Part shown: positions 28,375 through 41,241 of the stretch, one piece after another
Layout of the letters: the number at the start of each line of letters is the position of its first letter
How positions within the stretch are numbered: the stretch's first letter is position 1
Source: Macrostomum lignano
Taxonomy: Eukaryota
Length of the DNA stretch: 64,000 nt
Direction: 5' to 3'
NCBI GenBank assembly: GCA_002269645.1
Contig: NIVC01001067.1
Span: 1 to 64,000 of the forward strand
The notes under the pieces: generated by a model
Told to the model about the DNA's origin: nothing
The model's input: only the letters and a program-made list of their open reading frames with translations
Database searches by the model: none
Translations under genes and position numbers: made by a program

Positions 28375-30135
28375 CGTAGCAACGCTGACACTCCTGTAGC
28401 AACCCTGACACTACAGTAGCAACCCTGACACAACAGTAGCAACCCTGACACAACAGTAGCAACCCTGACACTCCTGTAGCAACCCTGACACTCCTGTAGC
28501 AACCCTGACACTCCTGTAGCAACCCTGACACTCCTGTAGCAACCCTGACACTACAGTAGCAACCCTGACACAACTGTAGCAAACCTGACACTACAGTAGC
28601 AACCCTGACACTCCTGCAGCAACCCTGACACTACAGTAGCAACCCTGACAATACAGTAGCAACCCTGACACTCCTGCAGCAACCCTGACACTACAGTAGC
28701 AACCCTGACACAACTGTAGCAACCCTGACACTACAGTATCAACCCTGACACTCCTGTAGCAACCCTGACACTACAGTAGCAACCCTGACACTACAGTAGC
28801 AACCCTGACACTAAAGTAGCAACCCTGACACTACAGTAGCAACCCTGACACTACAGTAGCAACCCTGACCCTACAGTAGCAACCCTGACACTCCTATAGC
28901 AACCCTGACACTCCTGTAGCAACCCTGACACTCCTGTAGCAACCCTGACACTCCTGTAGCAACCCTGACACTACAGTAGCAACCCTGACACTCCTGTAGC
29001 AACCCTGACACTCCTGTAGCAACCCTGACACTCCTGTAGCAACCCTGACACTCCTGTAGCAACCCTGACACTACAGTAGCAACCCTGACACAACTGTAGC
29101 AAACCTGACACTACAGTAGCAACCCTGACACTCCTGCAGCAACCCTGACACTACAGTAGCAACCCTGACAATACAGTAGCAACCCTGACACTCCTGCAGC
29201 AACCCTGACACTACAGTAGCAACCCTGACACAACTGTAGCAACCCTGACACTACAGTAGCAACCCTGACACTCCTGTAGCAACCCTGACACTACAGTAGC
29301 AACCCTGACACTACAGTAGCAACCCTGACACTAAAGTAGCAACCCTGACACTACAGTAGCAACCCTGACACTACAGTAGCAACCCTGACACTACAGTAGC
29401 AACCCTGACACTCCTATAGCAACCCTGACACTCCTGTAGCAACCCTGACACTCCTGTAGCAACCCTGACACTCCTGTAGCAACCCTGACACTACAGTAGC
29501 AACCCTGACACAACAGTAGCAACCCTGACACTCCTGTAGCAACCCTGACACTACAGTAGCAACCCTGACACAACAGTAGCAACCCTGACACTCCTGTAGC
29601 AACCCTGACACTACAGTAGCAACCCTGACACTCCTGTAGCAACCCTGACACTACAGTAGCAACCCTGACACTCCTGTAGCAACCCTGACACTACAGTAGC
29701 AACCCTGACACTCCTGTAGCAACCCTGACACTACAGTAGCAACCCTGACACTACAGTAGCAACCCTGACACAACAGTAGCAACCCTGACACTCCTGTAGC
29801 AACCCTGACACTACAGTAGCAACCCTGACACTCCTGTAGCAACCCTGACACTACAGTAGCAACCCTGACACTCCTGTAGCAACCCTGACACTACAGTAGC
29901 AACCCTGACACAACAGTAGCAACCCTGACACAACTGTAGCAACCCTGACACTCCTGTAGCAACCCTGACACTACAGTAGCAACCCTGACACAACAGTAGC
30001 AACCCTGACACTACAGTAGCAACCCTGACACTCCTGTAGCAACCCTGACACTACAGTAGCAACCCTGACACAACAGTAGCAACCCTGACACTACAGTAGC
30101 AACCCTGACACTACAGTAGCAACCCTGACACAACT
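28375..30135. repeat. 20-bp minisatellite AACCCTGACA(CTCCT/CTACA)GTAGC with 520-bp higher-order period
   Basis: Direct reading, ~88 monomers. Confidence 0.98.
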
Positions 30136-31000
30136 TTTGCAACCTGTTTAACGAGCTCAGAAGTCAGAGAATGCAGTAAATATTTTTACCTCTAACCAGC
30201 TCCGGCGCGCGAACTATCAGTGAACGCAGGCTGGTCACAGCGTCCAGCAGTGAGTTCTCCGTTATAGACCAGAGCTCCATGGTTGGCGATAGAAAAATAT
30301 TAACCTAATAATTTCTTGGAATGAAAGTTTCTTAGTATTTATTGCCTACAGCGAAGGCAAGATCAAACGGTCCGTTTTAGCAGCTCTGCTTTGCTCAATG
30401 ATACTCGTAGAATTGCAACGCCTGCGACAGTTTATGACTATAGAAAAGGTCAGTTTTTTAACTAAGAGATAACGAAAAGCCCAGCTATGAACATAGGGTC
30501 TAAATTACTTCAAAGAATTTCTAGATACTGAGTTAACATAGATAATGTGAGTTGACAAGCTAAAATTATAAATGACTTGAACAACATAGAAATTTAATAT
30601 AAAATTACTTTTCAGGGTTTAGATTGTATTGAGGGCAAGGTCACTCGCTATAGATGACACCACCCTATGCACTAAATTAATCATTTTGACACGCCGCTAT
30701 TTAAAAAAAGTTAAATGAATATTTGAATAACAAGCAAACAAACAGCATAAATCAGTTTCCATTTCAAAATACAACACAGTTGTATTAATTGCTTCAGATA
30801 AACAATCAATTGAAACAACTGCATTTATTAAAATGCTGTTTATTGTTTTAATGAATAAATTGTACTTTAAATTTAACTAGTAGACTTAAATTAGCAAGTA
30901 ATAGACACACCGGAATAAAACTTGAAACCACAGAACTAATTCTGTGCTTGAAACTGATAACACCGAATTATAATTAATTTTATGAGCGTCGATAAAAGTG

Positions 31001-32595
31001 AGGCTGCAGGGACACTGGCTGAATGTACATTTAGAGGGGTAGAATGAGAGGCTGCAGGGACACTGGCTGAATGTACATTCAGAGGGGTAGAATGAGAGGC
31101 TGCAGGGACACTGGCTGAATGTACATTTAGAGGGGTAGAATGAGAGGCTGCAGGGACACTGGCTGAATGTACATTCAGAGGGGTAGAATGAGAGGCTGCA
31201 GGGACACTGGCTGAATGTACATTTAGAGGGGTAGAATGAGAGGCTGCAGGGACACTGGCTGAATGTACATTCAGAGGGGTAGAATGAGAGGCTGCAGGGA
31301 CACTGGCTGAATGTACATTTAGAGGGGTAGAATGAGAGGCTGCAGGGACACTGGCTGAATGTACATTTAGAGGGGTAGAATGAGAGGCTGCAGGGACACT
31401 GGGTGAATGTACATTTAGAGGGGTAGAATGAGAGGCTGCAGGGACACTGGCTGAATGTACATTCAGAGGGGTAGAATGAGAGGCTGCAGGGACACTGGCT
31501 GAATGTACATTTAGAGGGGTAGAATGAGAGGCTGCAGGGACACTGGCTGAATGTACATTCAGAGGGGTAGAATGAGGGGCTGCAGGGACACTGGCTGAAT
31601 GTACATTTAGAGGGGTAGAATGAGAGGCTGCAGGGACACTGGCTGAATGTACATTCAGAGGGGTAGAATGAGAGGCTGCAGGGACACTGGCTGAATGTAC
31701 ATTTAGAGGGGTAGAATGAGAGGCTGCAGGGACACTGGCTGAATGTACATTTAGAGGGGTAGAATGAGAGGCTGCAGGGACACTGGCTGAATGTACATTC
31801 AGAGGGGTAGAATGAGAGGCTGCAGGGACACTGGCTGAATGTACATTCAGAGGGGGGAATGAGAGGCTGCAGGGACACTGGCTGAATGTACATTCAGGGG
31901 TAGAATGAGAGGCTGCAGGGACACTGGCTGAATGTACATTTAGAGGGGTAGAATGAGAGGCTGCAGGGACACTGGCTGAATGTACATTCAGAGGGGTAGA
32001 ATGAGAGGCTGCAGGGACACTGGCTGAATGTACATTTAGAGGGGTAGAATGAGAGGCTGCAGGGACACTGGCTGAATGTACATTCAGAGGGGTAGAATGA
32101 GAGGCTGCAGGGACACTGGCTGAATGTACATTCAGAGGGGTAGAATGAGAGGCTGCAGGGACACTGGCTGAATGTACATTCAGAGGGGTAGAATGAGAGG
32201 CTGCAGGGACACTGGCTGAATGTACATTCAGAGGGGTAGAATGAGAGGCTGCAGGGACACTGGCTGAATGTACATTCAGAGGGGTAGAATGAGAGGCTGC
32301 AGGGACACTGGCTGAATGTACATTCAGAGGGGTAGAATGAGAGGCTGCAGGGACACTGGCTGAATGTACATTCAGAGGGGTAGAATGAGAGGCTGCAGGG
32401 ACACTGGGTGAATGTACATTCAGAGGGGTAGAATGAGAGGCTGCAGGGACACTGGCTGAATGTACATTTAGAGGGGTAGAATGAGAGGCTGCAGGGACAC
32501 TGGCTGAATGTACATTTAGAGGGGTAGAATGAGAGGCTGCAGGGACACTGGGTGAATGTACATTCAGAGGGGTAGAATGAGAGGCTGCAGGGACA
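31001..32595. repeat. 48-bp minisatellite containing the 16-bp palindrome CTGAATGTACATTCAG, ~33 copies
   Basis: Direct reading; begins ~120 nt past the NUDCD1 stop. Confidence 0.98.
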
Positions 32596-32713
32596 TGGGC
32601 GAATGCACATTGATGCGAACCAATAGATGACCGTAGGTTAAACATTTGCACTTTTAGAGCCAAAATTAAACGAATGCAAACGAGACCAGTTAGAAGTGTT
32701 TCGCGTAGTTTTT

Positions 32714-35700
32714 TTAATCCGATCCGGGTCCAACCCGTATCAGATAAATCGCTCGCTCCGTCAGTACTAAAATTCGAGAATCGCAACAACCAAAACCAAT
32801 CAGTGCGTCCTGGGTAGCCAGAGACACAACCTGTTGAGTTGAGCGTTCGGCGATGACACGACCGGACTGACGATTCCGCAGCACAGTGTCAGCAGGCCTG
32901 GGGCTGTGGTACACGTACACGTGACGGTAGCAGTCGCAGATGGCGGCGTAGCCAAAGCTGGGCGCGCAGGAGACAAATTTGGCGTCGGTTTTCGAAGCTC
33001 GAACGTAGCCAAAAGCGTGAAACGTGGTCACGTGCTGCCAGATCGAGGAGGCGTCGCCGCCGCTGAAGTCAGGACGCCACAGAAGGCCGTCAACATCGCG
33101 ACGAAGGCACACGTAGGGCGGCTCCGACGGAGTCACTCGGGTGGCGAACAGCCACTGGGTTGAGTCTAGGGCTGGGCGAGTCGGATGGGATGAGAGCCAT
33201 GAGATAGCAAAACTATTAGAAGGATTAAGACATAAGAGAGAGGAGCGAGGTGGGTGTGCAGAGGGGCGAAGGGAAGTGAGGTGGGTGAGCAGAGGGGCAG
33301 AGAGGGGAGTGGGGTGGCTGTGCAGAGGGGCAGAGAGGGGAGTGGGTTGGGTGTTCAGAGGGACAGAAGGGAGTGGGGTGGGTGTGCAGAGAGACAGAGA
33401 GGAGAGTGGGATGGGTGTGCAGAGGGGCAGAGAGGAGAGTGGGGTGGGTGTGCAGAGAGACAGAGAGGGGAGTGGGGTGGGTGTGCAGAGGGGCAGAGAG
33501 GGGAGTGGGTTGGGTGTTCAGAGGGACAGAAGGGAGTGGGGTGGGTGTGCAGAGAGACAGAGAGGAGAGTGGGATGGGTGTGCAGAGGGGCAGAGAGGAG
33601 AGTGGGGTGGCTGTGCAGAGAGACAGAGAGGGGAGTGGGGTGGGTGTGCAGAGGGGCAGAGAGGAGAGTGGGGTGGGTGCGCAGAGAGACAGAGAGGAGA
33701 GTGGGGTGGGTGTGCAGAGGGACAGAGAGGAGTGGGGTGGGTGTGAAGAGAGGCAGAGGGAGTGGGGCTGTGGCAAATCAATATTATAAAAACTAACCAG
33801 TAAGCGCCACAACTCGCTTAGCCTCGCCGTCGATCCAAACCAAGGCGCCAGTCTCTAAGCCGCCATCTCCGTCGCCGCCAGCTTCTGGGAGGTCGCAGTC
33901 CTCCAGCTCCTGGGCGTTGTACAGATCTCCGGAAGAGGCACCGGCCACAACGGCAGCGGCTGCCGCGGTGGCGGCGTCGGGTAGTTCGGCACCTCGAGCA
34001 TCGTTGGTCACTAGACAGGGCCAAGGAGTTTCAGAGCTGCGCTTGCCAAGCAGGTGCAATTCGAGTAAACGGCACTCAGAATGAGGCTCCACCTGTAGTT
34101 CAGAAAGGGCTAAGCGTCACTAGACTGCAAACTGAAAACTTGAAGCAAGAAAGTTCAAGGTTATTTAAATTGAAACGAACCGTCCAAGTGCAGGCGTCCT
34201 TGTCCCAGACCTCGTACAGCGGCCCATCTAGCACTGGCCTACCGTGAATAGCCACTCTCAGCGCTACTCCGGTGTTTGTCACTTCGATGTCAGCTTTGCC
34301 TACACCAGTTGGCAGTGGGATGAACACGCTGATGCCATCCTCTTGGGATTGGCTCCAGGTGTAGGGCGACGGCGCCGATTCCGACGCCATCGAGACGGAG
34401 TTGCCGCCCACCTGACGGGTTGAGCGCCGCTTCTGTCTGTTGAGGGCGGAAATTGTTGAGGGATCTGTTTTGGTCGTGTTAATAACCCTCTATCACTCTA
34501 GGGCCAGTCTGGGTGTGCTAATAGCCCTCTATCCCTCTAGGGCCAGTCTGGGATTTCTAATAACCCTTTATCCCTCTAGGGCCAGTCTGGGATTGCTAAT
34601 AACCCTCCATCCCTCTAGGGCTAGTCTGGGATTTCTAATAACCCTTTATCCCTCTAGGGCCAGTCTGGGATTGCTAATAACCCTCCATCCCTCTAGGGCT
34701 AGTCTGGGATTGCTAATAACCCTCCATCCTTCTAGGGCCAGTCTGGGATTGCTAATAACCTTCCATCCCTCTAGGGCATGTCTGGGGTGTGCTAATAACC
34801 CTCTATCCCTCTAGGGCCAGTCTGGGATTGCTAATAACCCTCCATCCCTCTAGGGCCAGTCTGGGGTGTGCTAATAACCCTCTATCCCTCTAGGGCTAGT
34901 CTGGGATTGCTAATAACCCTCCATCCTTCTAGGGCCAGTCTGGGATTGCTAATAACCCTCCATCCCTCTAGGGCCAGTCTGGGTGTGCTAATAACCCTCT
35001 ATCTCTCTAGGGCCAGTCTGGGTGTGCTAATAACCCTCTATCCCTCTAAGGCTAGTCTGGGGTGTGCTAATAACCCTCTATCCCTCTAGGGCTAGTCTGG
35101 GTGTGCTAATAACCATCTATCCCTCTAGGGCTAGTCTGGGTGTGCTAATAACCCTCTATCCCTTTAGGGCCAGTCTGGGTGTGCTAATAACCCTCTATCC
35201 CTTTAGGGCCAGTCTGGGTGTGCTAATAACCCTCTATCTCTCTAGGGCCAGTTTGGAGTGTGGTCCCCACTAAGTGCCTTGAAACTCACTCATCATCGTC
35301 AGCTTTTGCAGTTTCCTCAGTTTCACCGTTTCCACTAGAAGGAGCAGTGGTTTTGGAGGTGTTTTTATCATCTTTATCGACAAACTCAAAGGGTCGATCG
35401 CACTCCAGCAGCAAGTGGCGACATTCCGCATCAAAACAGGCGTAGTTTGGCACGCAGCTGCTCTCCAGAGTCAAGCGACGAATCTGTTGATAGTTGCCAT
35501 GGCTACTAGGAGATCCCAACGATTGATAAGTGAACCAATCGAGTACGCAACGGAAGCCGTCACTACTTTTGTCATCATTTGTACTCTTATTAGCATCAGC
35601 TGATGATTCGCAAACTCGCATTAGCAAACAGTGCAGCTGATTGGTGGCTGAATAGCGCCTAGCGTACACCAGAAGGCTTGGCTCGGTTTCGAATGTGGCG

Positions 35701-37355
35701 CAGGCCTCCCAGTCTTTGTTGTCAATGTTGGACTCTGAATCAAAATGAATGGATGAACTCGGATTGGCTTGCATGCGCTGGGAGCGTGTTTGGTTTCTTT
35801 AGCTAAATTTAAGCTGCTAGAACCTCCCTGCTTTTCTTACCCAATCTTCCTTTCCCTCTCACCCCTAATCTCACTCCCTCTCACCCCCAATCTCACTCTC
35901 CGTCTCACCCCCAATCTCACTCTCCCTCTCACCTTCAATCTCACTCTTCCTCTCACCCCCAATATCACTCTACCTCTCACCCCCCAATCTCACTCTCCCT
36001 CTCTACCATAATCTCACTCTTCCTCTAACCCCCAATCTCACTCTCCCTCTCACCCCCAATCTCACTTTCCCTCTCACCCCTAATCTCACTCTCCCTCTCA
36101 CCCCCAATCTCACTCTCTCTCTTACCCCCAATCTCACTCTCCCTCTCACCCCCAATCTGACTCTCCCTCTCACCCCTAATCTCACTCTCCCTCTCACTCT
36201 TCTATTTCGTGACTTTCCCTCTTACCCTCCCATCTCACCCTCCCTCTCACTCTAGCATCTCACTCTCTCTCTCTCTCTCTCACTCTCCCATCTCACGCTA
36301 GCATCTAACTCTCCCTCTCACTCTAGCATCTCTCTCTACCATCTTACCTTAGCATATCTCTCTCTCTCTCACTCTAACATCTCACTCTACCATTTTACCC
36401 TAGCATCTCACTCTCTCTCTCTCCCTCACTCTAGCATCACACTTTCTCATCTCACTCTCCCATCTCACTCTCCCTCTCACTCTAGCATCTCACTCTCTCT
36501 CACTCTAGCATCTCTCTCTACCATGTTACCCTAGCATATCTCTCTCTCTCTTACTCTAGCATCTCACTCTACCATCTCACCTTAGCATCTCACTCTCCCT
36601 CTCACTCTAGCATCTCACTCTCCCTCTCACTCTAGCATCTCACTCTCCCTCTCACTCTAGCATCTCACTCTCTCTCTCACTCTAGCATCTCACTCTCCCT
36701 ATTACTTTAGCATTCCAATCTCCCTCTCACCCTAGCATCTTAATCTCCCATCTCCCTGTCCCTCTCACCCTCATATCTCACTATTCCCCTCACCCTAGCA
36801 TCTCACTCTTCCCTCCAGCTTGTCACAACACTATCATTTAGCTTTCTTACCATTTGGCCCGCAGCTGCCCCGCTCCCCGGTGTCCACCAGGAACAGCCGG
36901 CCGCAGCCATCGGCAACGCAAGCGGCGGTCTCGTCAACAAAGGCCATGGAAGGCTGACACCGGCCTGACAACAGTCGCCGATCTGCCGCATTAGGCAAGG
37001 TGAGTAGCGGTCTCGGCGGGTCCGGACACGAATCTGTAACAGTCCGAATTCGCATTAGATTCCATTCCGAATCTAAATAGTAGGCACAGTCTAGATCCCA
37101 CGGATCCAGGTACAGGTGATTCTGCACTCCGTAAGCTTTCAGGTGGTCGAAGCTGTACTGCCGCTCGGTGAGCTGCGGGTTGTCCACTGGCCGGGGCAGC
37201 TTCAGCTCCACGATGCCCGGCTGCTCCAGCGCCAGTTTGTAGCCTTCGAATTTGGAGTCCAGCAGGTCGCGATTCACCCGCAGTTCGGGGTAGCTGCAGG
37301 CTGAGGACTGCTGGGCGTCTGCGGCCTGCATGGCTGATGGTGCGGCTGCCTCCAT
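32714..37355 (-). CDS. NUDCD1: NudC domain-containing protein 1
   Basis: Five exons in phase: 37355-36851, 35734-35290, 34436-34181, 34092-33798, 33165-32714 (TAA). Peptides match recalled NUDCD1 motifs: LRVNRDLLDSKFEGYKL, DGCGRLFLVDTGERG, YTWSQSQED (CS domain), YNAQELEDCD, CLRRDVDGLLW, TFHAFGYVRASK, QQVVSL. Confidence 0.93.
33240..33770. repeat. 33-bp purine-rich minisatellite (GGGTGTGCAGAGGGGCAGAGAGGAGAGTGGGGT), NUDCD1 intron 4
   Basis: Direct reading. Confidence 0.93.
34480..35250. repeat. 39-bp minisatellite (ATAACCCTCTATCCCTCTAGGGCCAGTCTGGGATTGCTA), NUDCD1 intron 2
   Basis: Direct reading. Confidence 0.95.
35860..36810. repeat. 24-25-bp C/T-rich minisatellites (CTCACCCCCAATCTCACTCTCCCT, then CTCACTCTAGCATCTCACTCTCCCT), NUDCD1 intron 1
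   Basis: Direct reading. Confidence 0.93.
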
Positions 37356-37389
37356 GAATTCCGCTTTTGTCCATGAATCTGTCTGCATC

Positions 37390-37586
37390 TGCTTGCCTGT
37401 CTGTCTGTGTGTCTGCTTGCCTGCCCGTCTGTCCGCCTCTCTGTCTGCCTGCCTGCCTGTCTGCCTGCCTGTCTGTCTGTCTGTCTGTCTGTCTGTCTGC
37501 CTGTCTTTCTGCCTGTCTGCCTGCCCATCTGTCTGTCTGTCTGTCTGGCTGTGTGTCTTGTCTGCCGGTCTGACTGTCTGTCTTTG

Positions 37587-37639
<53 letters not shown>

Positions 37640-37860
37640 TTCTGCCTGCCCGTCTGTTTCTGTCTGTCTGTCTGTCTGCCTGTGTGTCTTGGCTGCCGGT
37701 CTGACTGTCTGTCTTTGTCTGTCTGTCTGCCTGTCTGTTTGTCTGTCAATTAATCAATCAATCAATCTACCTGTCTAATCTATCTATCTATTTATCTATC
37801 TATCTACCTATTTAATCTATCTATCTATGTATGTATGTATCTATCTTTCTATCTATCTAG
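37390..37860. repeat. (CTGT)n followed by (TCTA)n microsatellites immediately upstream of the NUDCD1 start
   Basis: Direct reading. Confidence 0.93.
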
Positions 37861-39379
37861 TAATCAAAAGAACACAGAAGCAGCTGACACCAATCACGGC
37901 AGTGCTAAAATAAACGCACACAGATATACGTCAATATTATTTACTTGCACAAGATAACGCGCAACTAACGCTTATAGCTTATCAGCAATTAAAAAATGTT
38001 TTATAATAAGAATAGAAGATAAATTGCAAGCAATAAAAAAGCCAAGTAACTTACCAGAAACTAGGGACAAATAATCAGTATGAAAAATATTCATTTACAC
38101 AAATTCTGAAGCAGCAACACTAGAGGATTAGCTGTTAGTAGTATAATAGTGAAAAAAAAATTATAATATATTTATTTTTAGAAATTAGCATTTTGTAGCA
38201 AAAATAGATTTATACATTTGAACTGACAAACTTTTTTACAAACGCGCGCTCTCCGATTACAGAGATGTCTTGATCTGTAACTAATGAAAGCGATTTTGAA
38301 GCAACATAACAATAATCATAATAACAATATTTTGCTTTAAAAATCTCACAAATGTACACAATTGTTATAAAATAAGCCGAGAAAATTGGTACAATAATTA
38401 AACTGAAAACAAATCTAGTTAATTTTTTTCCAGGATTATTAGGTAAAACATTAATTAGGAAGTTTGTAGTTGACAATAATTTGATAGATAAGCAAAAACC
38501 CTGGTAGCAATATATCACCTTAATAGTGTAATAAAATTATGCATAGTAGTATTAACAATTTAACGAATTATATATTACAATATACATTTAGGAAGCAAGT
38601 TACAGCAATTGAAAAAGATACAGAGATATGTACATACAGGCTTTTAAAGAGTTTATATATATGTAGGTACATAGATTTTGTCACTAATTTATTATCAAGA
38701 CATCATTTATAAATATTTTCTTTAATTGAAAATAAGGTACGCGAAACCATAATGAATGCAAGCAGCTGAGCACTTCAATTCAACGCCATAATGTCTATGC
38801 TTGTACTAGAAACTGAACACTCAATCTATACTACTTATAAACTGTTGCTGTCAGTAACAATAAAAGCACATATGACGTATAAAGTACAAAATGTTTCTCA
38901 AAAATATTTTCATTAGTTTTCACCGTTTAAAACTCAGGACAATTATTTTTTTGCTAATTTATACACGAAAGACAGAGAAAGCCTATCAAAGATTGATCAA
39001 AAATAGCCAATGATTTTCGGGGTGTTCTGGCAAATAACAATAAAACACTGAATTATTTTGTTCTCCAAGTAGTTAAAATTGCACTCCATCATTTTGTATG
39101 AGAGATTATTTAATAATACAAAAAGTTTATGAACTTTAGAGGCTGGAAACAACAGTTATTTACAAAGTTAAATTGTTGCCAAAATGACTACTGAAAAGAC
39201 TACTCAATACTTGAGAATCACTAGGAATGAAAGGGTGTTAGCGACTCGTGTTTCAACTTCTTAACTTTCGAGTTTCGCTACATGAAACATCTGCATATTG
39301 TGCTTAATTTATATATTAGTCTGACTGATTATTTATCTAGAATTTTATCCCACAGTCCATTCCTTCAATCTCCCAGTCT

Positions 39380-40012
39380 AAACTTCTACTCTACCTCTCA
39401 CTCTCCCACTCTACACCTCATTCTCCCAGTCTACCTCTCACTCTCCCACTCTACACCTCATTCTCCCAGTCTACCTCTCACTCTCCCACTCTACCACTTA
39501 CTCTCCCACTCTACCTCTCACTCTCCCAGTCTACCTCTCACTCTCCCAGTCTACCTCTCACTCTCCCAGTCTACCTCTCACTCTCCCAGTCTACCCATCA
39601 CTCTCCCAGTCTACCCCTCATTCTCCCAGTCTACCTATCACTCTCCCAGTCTACACATCACTCTCCCAGTCTACCCATCACTCTCCCAGCCTACCCATCA
39701 CTCTCCCAGCCTACCCATCACTCTCCCAGCCTACCCATCACTCTCCCAGCCTACCCATCACTCTCCCAGTCTACCCCTCACTCTCCCAGTCTACCCGTCA
39801 CTCTCCTAGTCTACCCCTCACTCTCCCAGTCTACCCCTCACTCTCCTAGTCTACCCCTCACTCTCCCAGTCTACCCTCACTCTCCAAGTCTACCCCTCAC
39901 TCTCCCAGTCTACCCCTCACTCTCCTAGTCTACCCCTCACTCTCCCAGTCTACCCTCACTCTCCAAGTCTACCCCTCACTCTCCCAGTCTACCTTTTACT
40001 CTCCCAGTCTAG
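39380..40012. repeat. 20-bp minisatellite CTCACTCTCCCAGTCTACCC
   Basis: Direct reading. Confidence 0.95.
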
Positions 40013-40444
40013 CCCTTACTTTCGAAGAAGGAGTTAAAACATTATCACAGTTTTTGGGAGTACATAACTATCACTACGTAATCCTGACACGGAACTGTAA
40101 CCTTATGTACATCTAGAATTGTGCGCAATGTTATGATTTCAGCCAATATATTACCGGTAAATATTTAAGCAACTGTAGACATCGGAGGTACTTCAGTACA
40201 TGTAAGGTTTAGCAAATAAACAACATATTTATATATGTTCCTACATATATATATATAGGAACAAAAACTACTAATATATGGTCCTTGCGAATAACACAAT
40301 TAATTAAACTTGAAAAGAAAATCTTTTTAACCGGGGATTTGCAGGTTCTTAAGCTTAATACTTTGTGCCAGTTCAAAGTCTCTTAACATGAAGAGATTGA
40401 TGCCACAAAGGCAGTATTCTATAGAAGCTATTATTATAGTGGCA

Positions 40445-40712
40445 GACAGGGGGTAGACTGGGAGAGTGAGGGGTAGACTGGAAGTGTGAGAGGTAGACTG
40501 GAAGTGTGAGGGGTAGACTGGGAGAGTGAGACGTGGAGTGGGAGAGTGAGGGGTAGAGTGGGAGAGTGAGGGGTAGACTGGGAGAGTGAGGGGTAGACTG
40601 GGAGAGTGAGGGGTAGACTGGGAGAGTGAGGGGTAGACTGGGAGAAGGGTAGACTGAGAGTTTAAAGGGTAGACTGGAAGTGTGAGGGGTAGACCGGGAG
40701 AGTGAGGGGTAG
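40445..40712. repeat. Same 20-bp minisatellite in inverted orientation (GGGTAGACTGGGAGAGTGAG)
   Basis: Reverse complement of the 39380-40012 unit. Confidence 0.93.
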
Positions 40713-40774
40713 ATCGTTAGATACAAATGTGGAGTAGTAGATGAAGCAGGTAATGGTAGAAAAAAGGTTAAATT

Positions 40775-41075
40775 GGTAGATAAAACGGTAGGTACAAGGG
40801 TAGATTGGTAGCTGAATTGGTAGATAAAACGGTAGATACAGGGGTAGATTGGTAGCTGAATTGGTAGATAAAACGGTAGATACAGGGGTAGATTGGTAGC
40901 TGAATTGGTAGATAAAACGGTAGATACAGGGGTAGATTGGTAGCTGAATTGGTAGATAAAACGGTAGATACAAGGGTAGATTGGTAGCTAAATTGGTAGA
41001 TAAAACGGTAGATACAGGGGTAGATTGGTAGCTGAATTGGTAGATAAAACGGTAGATACAGGGGTAGATTGGTGC
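40775..41075. repeat. 44-bp minisatellite GGTAGATAAAACGGTAGATACAGGGGTAGATTGGTAGCTGAATT, ~7 copies
   Basis: Direct reading. Confidence 0.94.
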
Positions 41076-41241
41076 GAGCTAGCTCTAGAATAATAGAAAG
41101 CAGGCACTTCCGTTACTCAATTAACACTGGGACAATATCTCCTACCTAGTACTAATGAAACACACACATGCAGATAAAATGTAAACTACCCTGCAATAAA
41201 AAAGCAGACAAAAATAAAACAGAATCCTCAAGCAAGCAGAG

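Noticed and set aside
30886-32789. Long ORFs (617, 335, 238 aa) with a 16-aa repeat
   Set aside because: Translation of the 48-bp array, open because the unit is 3n and stop-free; it lies 3' of the NUDCD1 stop and has no protein-like features.
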